Virus record (IMG/VR): IMGVR_UViG_3300028048_001801
Span: 1-64,000 of that record
Length of the DNA: 64,000 nt
Direction: 5' to 3' (one strand)
Source of the DNA: a virus
Taxonomy: Duplodnaviria > Caudoviricetes
The stretch's first letter is position 1, and each line of letters begins with the position of its first letter. This document shows positions 38,115 to 47,912 of this stretch, piece after piece. The notes under the pieces were generated by a model. It searched no databases and had not been told where the DNA came from. It saw only the letters and a program-made list of their open reading frames with translations. The position numbers and the translations under genes are program-made.

Positions 38115-40274
38115 TTATTCTTTATTAAGATACCCTTTAAGCTTAGATGCGGGTGTATTGTTTTTCTTTTCTTTCTTTATCTCGACATCTTCAGCAACGG
38201 GGATAGCAACAGAATATCTTTGTTTCTGAGCGGGACGAGAAGAATAGATAGCAATTGCAATATCTTTTTTGATATCTTCTTCGCAACCGTATTTACCGTT
38301 TACACATTTATTCAGTATATCATTATAATATTCTGTTTTAATGTTCTCGCCAGACATAAGATTTATCGCATTAGTTTTTAACTCTTCGCAATGATATGCA
38401 AAAAGTTTCTTTTCAGCATCTTCAAGACGAGACTTGATCTCTTCATAATCCGCGTATGTTTCAATCTTTGTAACATAACCAGCTATGATATCATCTTTGT
38501 CTTTGACGTCTTGTTCTAAAGCCTGACAATGAATTTTTAGGTCTTCCAATTCTTTTGCGAAATCGTGACAATCGACCTTGAGGTCTGCTTTACCTTCTCC
38601 ATTTTCACCAGGAACAACATTGATAGTAGTGGAACCTTCATCATTCGCAACGGTGACACCAATGCCTCCTTCAGGCATTAAAGCATCGGGCGCTTCAGCA
38701 TCAACTACAACCTTTTCTCCGTCGTGGATTTCAGCATTCGAAGGACCTTCTTCACACTGGGGAATTCCTAAATCGACGTCGATGTCTTCCATTGTTAAAG
38801 TGGGTTTGTTTTCGTTTATTTCTTCGCCCTCTTCAACTATAACAGCAACATCAGGGGTCAATGGAGCAACGACAACTTCTTCGTGTTCTACCACAGGTTC
38901 ATTACAAAGTTTCTTCTCCTGACATTCAGGGCAATCACAATCAGGGCCGTGTTCGCCATCTCCATCAGAATATCCTTCTTTGTTCGCATCTGAGTTATCA
39001 TCGCTGTCATCCGAATCTTTATCGCGATCATCTTTGGCATCATCGTCTTTATCTTCGATCTTATTGTCGGCGTTCTCACCATCATCAGAATCAAATTTGA
39101 TGTCGCAATAATCGCCGCAATATTCCGCAGCCATCTTGCACGCTTTTTCTTTATCTTCTTCAGAATCTTCGAGATCTAAATCTTCATATATCTTTCCGAT
39201 TTTATCTAAAACTTCTTTTTCGTCATGTTGTTCTGCATATGCTTTAGCAGACGCCAAACCGTCTCTGTTATATACGGCAGTATTGCCACTGAGCTCCATG
39301 ACGGGGTATTTGAGTTTAGAAACTTCACCATCTTCCCAGCCTTCGCGAAGATCAAGGAAAATATCACTAGCGACAGCCTTAAAGTTATCCGCTTCAACAA
39401 CCTTGTGTCTTAATTCGGTCTTATCGACTTCGCCCCAGGGTTTATCAGACATAGCTTCTTTAGATTTATCAACCTTAATAGAGTAACCAAAGGTTTCAGT
39501 ATTACCGTTTTCTTTTTCTATATTGCTCATATCCGCTTGATTTACCTCCTTTTTAGTATTTTCTTCGCCAAGACAAGCGTTGTCTTCGACGGTTTTATCT
39601 TTATCATTCGTCTCACCATCAACCCCGTCGAGTTGATTATAAGCAAATGTTAAGATCCTTTTCTGTTCGGCCATTACGTCTTCATCTAAATTTTCAAGAA
39701 TAGATAAATGAGCCCCTGGAATACCTTCCAGAACAGCCTTTCCATTTTTAGAACCAAGTATAGTAACTCCATTTAAGACAAACTTTTTAATTTCCTCAAT
39801 TCCGTTAATGAACTCGTGTTCTTTAACAGTGATTTCAACGGATACTTTTTTCCGTTTGTCTTTTAAAAGTCTTCTAACTTGTCTATAACAATATGTAGTA
39901 CAGAGGACACACCTGAATTTTAACCAGTGCAATCCATTTTGTTCTACTATCTCCACGGGGTCGGATTCTCTAATCCATCCAAGAATCCTTTCTCCTCTCT
40001 CAGTGTTCCAAAACTCTTTACCGAGTTCGGGATCATAATCAGTCTTCCCTTCATGCGTTGTAAAATCGTTGTTTTCGAAGAATCCAACGATTGGTTTGTT
40101 CTTGCAGTTGGGGAGCGCGTCTTGTAAAGACTCTAATGTAAAATGAGAATTGTTTCTGTTAGGATTAATCGTCGAAATCGCCCATATCTCAAGCTCTATA
40201 AACTCTTTATTTAAAATGTCTTTAAACCTGATTTGTTTAGGAGATAAGTCGAATTTTAAAATATCTTTTTCCAT
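38115..40274 (-). CDS. Prohead protease / scaffold protein
   Basis: NRNNSHF...NKPIVG...HEG...KKVSVEI...GVTILG N-terminal domain, then a long acidic linker and C-terminal coiled coil. Confidence 0.75.
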   Translation of the reverse strand: MEKDILKFDLSPKQIRFKDILNKEFIELEIWAISTINPNRNNSHFTLESLQDALPNCKNKPIVGFFENNDFTTHEGKTDYDPELGKEFWNTERGERILGWIRESDPVEIVEQNGLHWLKFRCVLCTTYCYRQVRRLLKDKRKKVSVEITVKEHEFINGIEEIKKFVLNGVTILGSKNGKAVLEGIPGAHLSILENLDEDVMAEQKRILTFAYNQLDGVDGETNDKDKTVEDNACLGEENTKKEVNQADMSNIEKENGNTETFGYSIKVDKSKEAMSDKPWGEVDKTELRHKVVEADNFKAVASDIFLDLREGWEDGEVSKLKYPVMELSGNTAVYNRDGLASAKAYAEQHDEKEVLDKIGKIYEDLDLEDSEEDKEKACKMAAEYCGDYCDIKFDSDDGENADNKIEDKDDDAKDDRDKDSDDSDDNSDANKEGYSDGDGEHGPDCDCPECQEKKLCNEPVVEHEEVVVAPLTPDVAVIVEEGEEINENKPTLTMEDIDVDLGIPQCEEGPSNAEIHDGEKVVVDAEAPDALMPEGGIGVTVANDEGSTTINVVPGENGEGKADLKVDCHDFAKELEDLKIHCQALEQDVKDKDDIIAGYVTKIETYADYEEIKSRLEDAEKKLFAYHCEELKTNAINLMSGENIKTEYYNDILNKCVNGKYGCEEDIKKDIAIAIYSSRPAQKQRYSVAIPVAEDVEIKKEKKNNTPASKLKGYLNKE

Positions 40275-40285
40275 CTACAACCCCC

Positions 40286-41035
40286 TTAATTACCTTGGCC
40301 CAGTAAGGCGCCTGTAATTCTATTTGTTTTTTTGTCTATGTTCTTTCCCGCTTTTTTAACATCTTCACATGTTTTATGAATATATTCCATACCAACAAAT
40401 CCAACGATCAACCCATCGTCTCTTTTTATCGCTCTAAACATAGCCATATTCACACCATGTTCATGTAAAAATTGATACGTAAAGGGATCTGTCTTTTTTA
40501 TATCTTCTATATTGTCTATATTATAATAATCATGTTTATTAAGTTCGGAATACAAAATCGGGAATAGAGTGCGAGGAACATTTAAATATCTATTCATAAT
40601 AGGCATTATATTATCGCCAATTGCCTCTTGGGTTATTGAGATTTTTAGTAACCCTCTCCCAAGAACATCTTGACCGCCATTATGACAAGTAAACATATAA
40701 GCACGATCACATCCTTCTGCCACTAAACAATTTAATTGTTTAATAATGAAGCTATTAGTTTGTAAATCATTATTCTGTTCCTCCACAGTGTGTTTAGGAC
40801 GAATAAGGTCTTTTAATTGCTCCAAAATACGCAAATCGCGTTCCATTTCTTGTTTACGTCTTTCAATTTCTTTTTCACTCTCTTGTTTTTCTGCTTCTAA
40901 TTTTTGAGCAGCTTCTTCGTTTTTTCTTTTACGATCTTCACGTTTTCTTTGCCATAGAACAAGCAAATAGAGCACAACGCCAACAACTACTGGGAAAATA
41001 CCGTACTGCGCTATCGCAGAAAATATATCACCCAT
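40286..41035 (-). CDS. Membrane protein with C-terminal GAF-like domain (possible T4 gpT-type holin)
   Basis: N-terminal transmembrane helix and coiled coil, then CDRAYMFTCHNGG...AIKRDDGLIVGFVGMEY. Confidence 0.5.
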   Translation of the reverse strand: MGDIFSAIAQYGIFPVVVGVVLYLLVLWQRKREDRKRKNEEAAQKLEAEKQESEKEIERRKQEMERDLRILEQLKDLIRPKHTVEEQNNDLQTNSFIIKQLNCLVAEGCDRAYMFTCHNGGQDVLGRGLLKISITQEAIGDNIMPIMNRYLNVPRTLFPILYSELNKHDYYNIDNIEDIKKTDPFTYQFLHEHGVNMAMFRAIKRDDGLIVGFVGMEYIHKTCEDVKKAGKNIDKKTNRITGALLGQGN

Positions 41036-41102
41036 TTGATTGTCGTTTCTCCTTTATTTGTTTTTTGCCTTTTATATCCTGTTTAAAATCAACGTCAACC
41101 TA

Positions 41103-41609
41103 TTATTCTATGTCAATCAAAACGGTAAAATCTTTAAAATGAACGTCAAAAGACTTATAGTCGTCTTGATATCTTTCTGCATATTTAAACCATATATCAG
41201 CCTGTTTACGATAAGGTTCAAACATGATTAAAAATTCCTCTAATTTGATTTTTACTTCATAATCCTCATTAAGTTCCGCTACTTCAATCGCGGTGATGAT
41301 TGAACGCCTGTAATCATTGCACAGACCAAGAACGCCCTCGAAAATTTTATATAAATTCCCTTCGAAGTCTTCCTCGTGCGAGATAATCCCTTTTCTTACG
41401 GGTCTTGCATCTAATTCAATCATCATATCCGTTATGACATCTGCGAATACAGGAAACTTATGTGCAAAAGATTTATGAACAATCGATTCAATATTCGGGA
41501 AATGATAATATGCTAAATTATATGCATAATTATCAACAACCGCATTTGCATCGAAAGAGAATTTTACAAGTTCATTAAGTTGAGATCTCGTCTCTTCGGT
41601 AATTAACAT
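41103..41609 (-). CDS. Ferritin-like four-helix protein
   Basis: 168 aa, helical, with H/D/E spacing (ESIVHKSFAH..FAD...AELNEDYEV...LEEF) reminiscent of ferritin/Dps. Confidence 0.45.
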   Translation of the reverse strand: MLITEETRSQLNELVKFSFDANAVVDNYAYNLAYYHFPNIESIVHKSFAHKFPVFADVITDMMIELDARPVRKGIISHEEDFEGNLYKIFEGVLGLCNDYRRSIITAIEVAELNEDYEVKIKLEEFLIMFEPYRKQADIWFKYAERYQDDYKSFDVHFKDFTVLIDIE

Positions 41610-41610
41610 A

Positions 41611-41850
41611 TTAATCTCCCTCTTTTTTATTTTTATATGTTTTTAGAACTCCCTTTTCGTCTCTTATATAATGAAAAGGCTTTCCACAACATTTACATAT
41701 TCCATACACATGCTCTGGCACGGTAAAAGTTCTTCTAGCATCCAACAATACGATCGTCGTACCCTTTGATTTAATATGATGATTGCATTTTTCATATTGC
41801 GGATCGATTATACCATATTCGTTCGGAACTTTTTTAATTTCTTCACCCAT
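41611..41850 (-). CDS. Small Zn-ribbon protein
   Basis: CxH...CKCCG; GAGGAG RBS before the ATG at 41850, overlapping the portal stop. Confidence 0.5.
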   Translation of the reverse strand: MGEEIKKVPNEYGIIDPQYEKCNHHIKSKGTTIVLLDARRTFTVPEHVYGICKCCGKPFHYIRDEKGVLKTYKNKKEGD

Positions 41851-43888
41851 CAATGTACTCCTCCACATATCTTTCTTTGCAGTCATCGCAAAGCGGTTCG
41901 TTTGACTCCGCTCCACATATTATACAATGTCCATCAAAAGAACTAAAATCTCTCATATCAGCCGTGTCCAAACCACTTTCTTTAGAAGCCGCAGTATTGT
42001 CGTTCTCGACCTCCGATATATCTATCTCGGGTCTGCCAGCGCCAGTTCTTTGTTCTGTTACAGTAACACTTCCGCCATCATCGGTGGTATTTTTTGTTTT
42101 ATTTTGCTGGGCTTGCGTTACAGTCTGAAAATTACTATATAAATCCAGCGAATTGATGTAAAGCTGAGTAGCTTTAACATCTCTGAGGTTCATATTGTAA
42201 GCGGACGCAAGTTTCGGTAATGCAAAAGTGGCACCAGAAATAAACAACTCTTTAGCTGTCTTCATTTCATTATCATAAGTAAATATATTTCCCCATAAAT
42301 AAACACGCCATTTATGATCACACCCAATGAGATTATTGATAATAAAGTTTAAAATCGATTCGAGCTGTCTTGTGACAAAATCACAAGCCGCCTCTTCTAT
42401 CAATTGAGAACCTTTTATTTGTGCGACAGATGGCTTATCTGTAACGGGGATTAAGCCTGATAGTCCCGCCCTGGAAACAAAGTTTTTAGTTGCATTAGAC
42501 GTAATGTCTGAGGAATTTGGGACATTTGGCAATGATAACAACTTAAAGTTTTTAAGGGGCGCAAAGAAAGCCTCTAAGTTCGTCGAGGTAGAAGTATTAA
42601 ACTTCTCCTGGAAACCAGCGACAGTCTCGGCCGCCAATACAGTTTGGTTCTGCCCTGGATTCGGGTTAGCTACTGTTTCAGCTTCCGCTGTTAACAAAGC
42701 GGTCAAGGGCGTACTTTGAATTAATCCTGCAAGTGTATCATAATCTGTTAATTCTCTCAATCCGAGGAACAAACCGACAGTATCAGGAATAGCCCACGCC
42801 GTAGAAGAATCCGTGCAAATGGTAAAACATACGTCTTGTGGTAATTGCACCCAATACATATAGTTTACTGCCTTGAGGCCTTTCTTATTATTAATCCTAT
42901 TTATGGTAATATTACCGCGTAAGGTTTCTGTTATTCCAGTAAACCCATCTGTATAATTATATTCAAAATTTTTTAACGCATTTATGTCAACCTTATATTT
43001 GTCTACACCAGGCTTCCCGCTTAAATAATCCGGGTTTTCATATATGGCACCCGTATCCATAAGCGCGTCCCATATTTCCCTAATATAACTAGGATATTGA
43101 TCTAGGCTAAACGAGGGATTTAAGAACATCATCATGTTCAAGCTGGCCATATAACCATGCTCGCCAATGCCTGTTAATTTGACCCAATCGCTAGGAAGTT
43201 TTTGAAAGGCGACATAATTAACCTCTCTCTTACCGTTCGTGTTCTTAGAAACACTATTTCTTAAAAGATAGGTAGGCTTGCCTTCTCTTTTTGTTTCTAA
43301 AGACATACGCTTAAATGTGTTAACAACGTCTAAATGTTGCAACCATTCATCCACATATATATCTTCATTAACAAACGAATCTTTAGTATAATCATCATCC
43401 TTCAGTAATTCAGGTATTTTATAATACTTGAACATCGGAATGTCCGCTGCAAGTCTTAAAATTTTATAATACAAAAATTGACTGGAAGATAAAGACCAAC
43501 CCTCACCGCGAAGGGTAATTTCGGATCCGCCTGGATTTCCAACTATTTTAGTTAAGGTTTCCGTATCCATCTCATTTGGATACGTATTTAACATTTTTAA
43601 TCTTTGATTTTGCAAAAATGGGTTATACATATTAAAATTAAATATGCCACCCTCCCATCCTGTACCAAGCCCAGTTATGCCAAGCAACGAATTATAAAAT
43701 TTCGTTAAACTGGTTTGCACTTGATCAACAGTAATGGGCTTTTGTTCTTTGTTAATATCTGTTTTAACAGACATCTCTAAGCGAGTAGCCTCTTCATTTA
43801 TTTGTTTAGGAGGCTCTTTGCGCGGTCTACCGCGTTGGCGCTTTTGATTCTCTTGGATAACTAAATCCTGTTTTTCTTTTTCAGTCAC
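41843..43888 (-). CDS. Portal protein
   Basis: 681 aa between terminase and protease; QKLPSDWVKLTG, ATFALPKLASA and GAGRP motifs like SPbeta-type portals. Confidence 0.75.
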   Translation of the reverse strand: MTEKEKQDLVIQENQKRQRGRPRKEPPKQINEEATRLEMSVKTDINKEQKPITVDQVQTSLTKFYNSLLGITGLGTGWEGGIFNFNMYNPFLQNQRLKMLNTYPNEMDTETLTKIVGNPGGSEITLRGEGWSLSSSQFLYYKILRLAADIPMFKYYKIPELLKDDDYTKDSFVNEDIYVDEWLQHLDVVNTFKRMSLETKREGKPTYLLRNSVSKNTNGKREVNYVAFQKLPSDWVKLTGIGEHGYMASLNMMMFLNPSFSLDQYPSYIREIWDALMDTGAIYENPDYLSGKPGVDKYKVDINALKNFEYNYTDGFTGITETLRGNITINRINNKKGLKAVNYMYWVQLPQDVCFTICTDSSTAWAIPDTVGLFLGLRELTDYDTLAGLIQSTPLTALLTAEAETVANPNPGQNQTVLAAETVAGFQEKFNTSTSTNLEAFFAPLKNFKLLSLPNVPNSSDITSNATKNFVSRAGLSGLIPVTDKPSVAQIKGSQLIEEAACDFVTRQLESILNFIINNLIGCDHKWRVYLWGNIFTYDNEMKTAKELFISGATFALPKLASAYNMNLRDVKATQLYINSLDLYSNFQTVTQAQQNKTKNTTDDGGSVTVTEQRTGAGRPEIDISEVENDNTAASKESGLDTADMRDFSSFDGHCIICGAESNEPLCDDCKERYVEEYIDG

Positions 43889-44324
43889 CTTCGTGAGCCT
43901 CCTTCAAATTTGTTTGTTTGTCATCGAGACTATTCCCGCCCCTGTTTGTTTTATTTTCAAGGTCACGCTGCGCTCTTTGTATGTTGTCATACATTTCGCG
44001 TAGCTGACTTTGATTTTGTTTTTCAGCTTCGCGGTTTGCATAAGCACGATAATTATCCATAAACCAAGCAGAGATAAAATTAAACTCTCTATCCTTACCT
44101 ATGGAATCATATTCTATTGGCTCGCAAAAATATTCATTCAACCCACTCTTTTTTAAACAACGAGTCAAATCTTTTTTATCTTTGTCATCATCTAACCAAA
44201 CATAAACATTACTATTGTCTAATGTGAGATCCGCGATTTTTGCAATATTGTTAATAAACACATCTAGGTCGCCAACCAAGGAAAGATCTAAATGTATTTT
44301 AAAACACCTGTTTAGAATTGCCAT
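43881..44324 (-). CDS. Hypothetical protein
   Basis: ORF with RBS between terminase and portal. Confidence 0.55.
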   Translation of the reverse strand: MAILNRCFKIHLDLSLVGDLDVFINNIAKIADLTLDNSNVYVWLDDDKDKKDLTRCLKKSGLNEYFCEPIEYDSIGKDREFNFISAWFMDNYRAYANREAEKQNQSQLREMYDNIQRAQRDLENKTNRGGNSLDDKQTNLKEAHEGD

Positions 44325-44354
44325 TTTAATTGGCCCCCTTTTAATCCGTTTACT

Positions 44355-44554
44355 TTATCTCCTCCTTGCGAAAGGATTAACTCTTCCCGCAAATGGATTA
44401 CGATTTTGTTTTTGATGCGCTTGATATCCAACCCCCGCAGAAGCGGTTCTACCAGCGTTAAGCAAAGCGCTCATGTCTTGCTTCGGCACCTCTATGTCGA
44501 ATTGTTCCGACCTTCTTAATTTTTGTAAAAAATGAGCTGCCATCGCTAAAGTAT
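44355..44554 (-). CDS. Terminase large subunit, exon 2
   Basis: After splicing, T|AT gives HDDRA-Y-TLAMAAHF. Confidence 0.85.
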
Positions 44555-44812
44555 CAATTTTGTTAATTAAATAAAAGAATACTTTTATTTATAATACGGT
44601 TCTTCTTTAGCTGGTCTGGATACCAGCGACCATATTTCACAAATTTCATTTTGTTATGTTTTGTGTTCAGACTTTTGCACCCGTGTCTTATATTATGAAG
44701 ACACGGCCTCTTCGTTAAGTCGTTCAGCGCCAGACATTGTCTGTTCGCCCTCGTCACCCACTGCTGGGCCTCCGAGTCAATTAGAAGAAGTTTAAAGAGC
44801 GCTACTTCTGTG
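44555..44812 (-). mobile_element. Group I intron (258 nt, no ORF) in the terminase large subunit gene
   Basis: P1 AGAGCGU/GCGCUCU has a U-G at the splice site. P7 is GACUU/AAGUC and the intron ends in G at 44555. Excision restores the frame and removes an in-frame TAG. Confidence 0.9.
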
Positions 44813-46508
44813 ACGCTCTGTCATCATGAGCTGATCTTTGCTTATCTGCCTGTAAGGCATATCTTACATTACCTGCTTCGGTTTTTGTCTTACGCATCAT
44901 GGTTATTTCTTCTCTTAATAAGTCCATTTCGAGAAGAGCTCTTGTTTCCTCTAATGTCAGAGTAACAACTCGACCGTCTATCTCCATCTTCCCGTTTGTA
45001 GGAAGTTGTTTAGGCCAAATTATCAAATCCTCTTGTGACATCTCAGAAAGAGCTGCAAACATTTCATTTTTATATTTTTGAGCGGATGGTAAACTCAATA
45101 CACCTGGCAAAGCCTTGGGAAACTTAACGGCCTCATTTTTCGACGTTTCGTCTTCTTCATCGTAAACGCCGTGATGCCACATTCCAAGTTGATCTTGCCA
45201 TTCCTGTATCAAAAAGTCGGCATATATACGCCCACCTCCACCAGAGCCAGGGTCTATCGCCAAATGTATCTTTTTATATTCTTCGTTTTCTTTACCATTA
45301 TAATCCAACATAAGTGAATGTATCTGTTCTAATTGTTCAGTAGAACGCATTGGTCTTTTATCTCCGTTCGGCAATGTTTGTAAAAGGTTTATACCATTTA
45401 CCAATCTCATCATCCACCCTTTGTCTGGGTCTTTAAAATATTCTGGTATTAAAACAAAGGCGTTATCTGCTTGCAACGCTGGATCAAAGAATATTCCGTA
45501 AATAGATTCTGCGTTTCTGTTTGAAAAAACAGGCAAATACGACTGTTCGTTTCTTAATATCGCTTCTCTGGTGACGACAAGGTCCGTTCCCCCCATCTGG
45601 TCAAAAAGGTTATAATACTCTCTTAAACCACGATAAGGATTGGATCTCATCATTCTATCTACTTCCGCTCTGTTAAACAATGGTTTGTACGGCTTCCCAT
45701 CTATTGTTGGGTTAAGCGGTATCTCACAACTTATATCCGCAACAAAAGAATCGTCAAAACCCATAGCCATTCTCTTGGCACACTCTTTGTATACCTTAAA
45801 CAAATGATCATTGGTGCTTCCTGCTGACGAGAGATATAAGTTTTGGTTCGGCAAATTGTGTGGATAAATCTCCAAATCAATACCGTCACCCGTTGCGAAG
45901 TCTGCGCTTTGCGTAGTAAACGGCTCGGTTCTTGCAAAGAACTCGTCTGTTATGATAGCCGCTTCATCGAACACCGATAAATTAGAACGTTTACCTATAA
46001 CAGATTCTGCTTTACCAACCAATGTCTCTATTGTTGAACCATTAAAAAGTTCTGCACTGTATCCTTGCTTATCATGCAAGAATCCATCCGTATTAGCATT
46101 GTTTCTAACAACTTCATTTGCAAAGATACATTGTCCACCCTTGACAGAAGTGATATTGTGTTTCGCCAAGTCTTCAAGTTTGGTAAATGTATCTTGTGCT
46201 TGAGCCGCTGTACCAGACATTATCCATATTTTGCAACCAGGAATTAATATGGCACGCGCCATAATATACAACGCCGCTATGAACGATTTTCCCGTGTTTC
46301 TAGAACACACTAAACAAACCGTCTGTTTCGTCCATGCTGAGCTAATAATCCATTTTTGGAAATCGGTTAGCTTAACCCCGAGAAAGTTCTGTATAAACCA
46401 CACGGGGTCTTTTCTTCCACGATTAACTATTGTTGAATATTTGTCAAGCAGCTCTATTTTACGTGGACCAAGGTTTATTTCTGTTTCTCTATTATAAACG
46501 CTTATCAT
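44813..46508 (-). CDS. Terminase large subunit, exon 1 (spliced product 631 aa)
   Basis: Walker A CSRNTGKS, Walker B SVFDEAA, YLSSA, and nuclease motifs FFDPA and HDDRA. Confidence 0.9.
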
Positions 46509-47833
46509 AAGGGAGGAATAACCCTGTTTTTATTGTATTCTCGGGATAATATACCGTCCACGTTTTCAGTAGGTATCCTTTTTTCTTTAAGTTCTTCTCT
46601 TAATTCTTCCATAAGCTCTTGTTTGAGTTCTTTTTCTTTAAACAATCTTAACTCTTCTTCTTTCATATTTAACAATTCTCTGAGCCTTTTTAGCTCTTCT
46701 GCTTGTTCACGAACCATATCCGCATATTCGGCAGAAGAAAATCCAACTTGTTTAAAGATTGATTCAGCGCTTATATCCGACACCTGTTTTATAGCAGCAG
46801 ATGTTTCTATATCATATTTATTAATTGTGCCAAAATCATAATGGGCGTCTTTCATGTCCCTAATAACAGCACTCAATGTTCCAGACCCCTTTGATTTTGC
46901 AAGTGCATACTTGGCGGCAAAACCATGGTCTTTTGAGAAGTTTGTGACCATTGTTGTTTCCTGTGTCTTCGCAGCCGTTAATTGCTTAATCGCATTTGAA
47001 TTTTGGACCGTATCATTCGCAGTCATCTGCAATTGATTTAAGGTTTCACCAATTTTCTCAATACGATAATATGCTCTAACTATTTCAAGCGCCGCATTCA
47101 TACGAACGAGGTCGTCTTTCATGGCGTCGTCTATCATCGTAACAAGATTAGCCATCAATCTAGGTCTATCTTTAGGATCATCTTGAGCGAAAGGGTCATA
47201 GTGATATGTCGCCCAAATAATATTATAATTATCTTTATCTTCGTCCGACATCCCCTCTGTGCTACCCACATTAGCTGCAGCGGCTATGGTTTTGTAGAAA
47301 CTCACATTGTCGCTTCCCCAAAAGCTCTGACCTTTAAAGTCGCTATCTTCAAGCATTCTAAAATATCTATCTATCCAGCTGGTATCTGGGGCCATTGGAA
47401 CGCCGTCTACAAACTGTAAATCATGATCATTAAATACTGCTTGAGCTAAGCTGTGATCGTAATACACGTCAATCAAAGCACAAATTGCATATAACGCCTC
47501 AAAATCATCTAACCCATATTTACTCTTATATTCCTCGTGGAGTTTAGTTAAACAATGTATGCAAATAAAGGAAGTATAATATTTTGGTGTTAATTTATCA
47601 ATATTGTCCCATTCAAGACATCTGCCTTTACGATGAACGTTTACGAACTCAGTATAGTGACGTGTTGTGTTGCAACTCTTGCAGTTACAATGTTTAATAC
47701 CGTCACCTGCGTTTGATGGTCTGAAATTTAAGCCTGGATTTTTGCTGAATTTTACTTCTGGAGCTACCGTACGAGCATTATCGTCTGCTTGAAGATAATA
47801 GTCGTCAAGCTTCTTAATTCTTCTATACTTCAT
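46505..47833 (-). CDS. Putative terminase small subunit
   Basis: Overlaps the terL start; N-terminal CxxC pairs and a C-terminal coiled coil. Confidence 0.5.
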   Translation of the reverse strand: MKYRRIKKLDDYYLQADDNARTVAPEVKFSKNPGLNFRPSNAGDGIKHCNCKSCNTTRHYTEFVNVHRKGRCLEWDNIDKLTPKYYTSFICIHCLTKLHEEYKSKYGLDDFEALYAICALIDVYYDHSLAQAVFNDHDLQFVDGVPMAPDTSWIDRYFRMLEDSDFKGQSFWGSDNVSFYKTIAAAANVGSTEGMSDEDKDNYNIIWATYHYDPFAQDDPKDRPRLMANLVTMIDDAMKDDLVRMNAALEIVRAYYRIEKIGETLNQLQMTANDTVQNSNAIKQLTAAKTQETTMVTNFSKDHGFAAKYALAKSKGSGTLSAVIRDMKDAHYDFGTINKYDIETSAAIKQVSDISAESIFKQVGFSSAEYADMVREQAEELKRLRELLNMKEEELRLFKEKELKQELMEELREELKEKRIPTENVDGILSREYNKNRVIPPL

Positions 47834-47854
47834 TTCACACCCCTCTCAAATCCA

Positions 47855-47886
47855 AAAAGCCACGGTCGAACAACGACGTGGCTTTT
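47855..47886 (-). terminator. Intrinsic terminator (possibly bidirectional)
   Basis: AAAAGCCACG-GTCG...CGAC-GTGGCTTTT hairpin. Confidence 0.6.
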
Positions 47887-47912
47887 ATCTTATTATTATA
47901 TTGTTATATAAA

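Noticed and set aside
44563-44757. 64-aa ORF between the terminase exons
   Set aside because: It overlaps the group I catalytic core and has no RBS or endonuclease motif.
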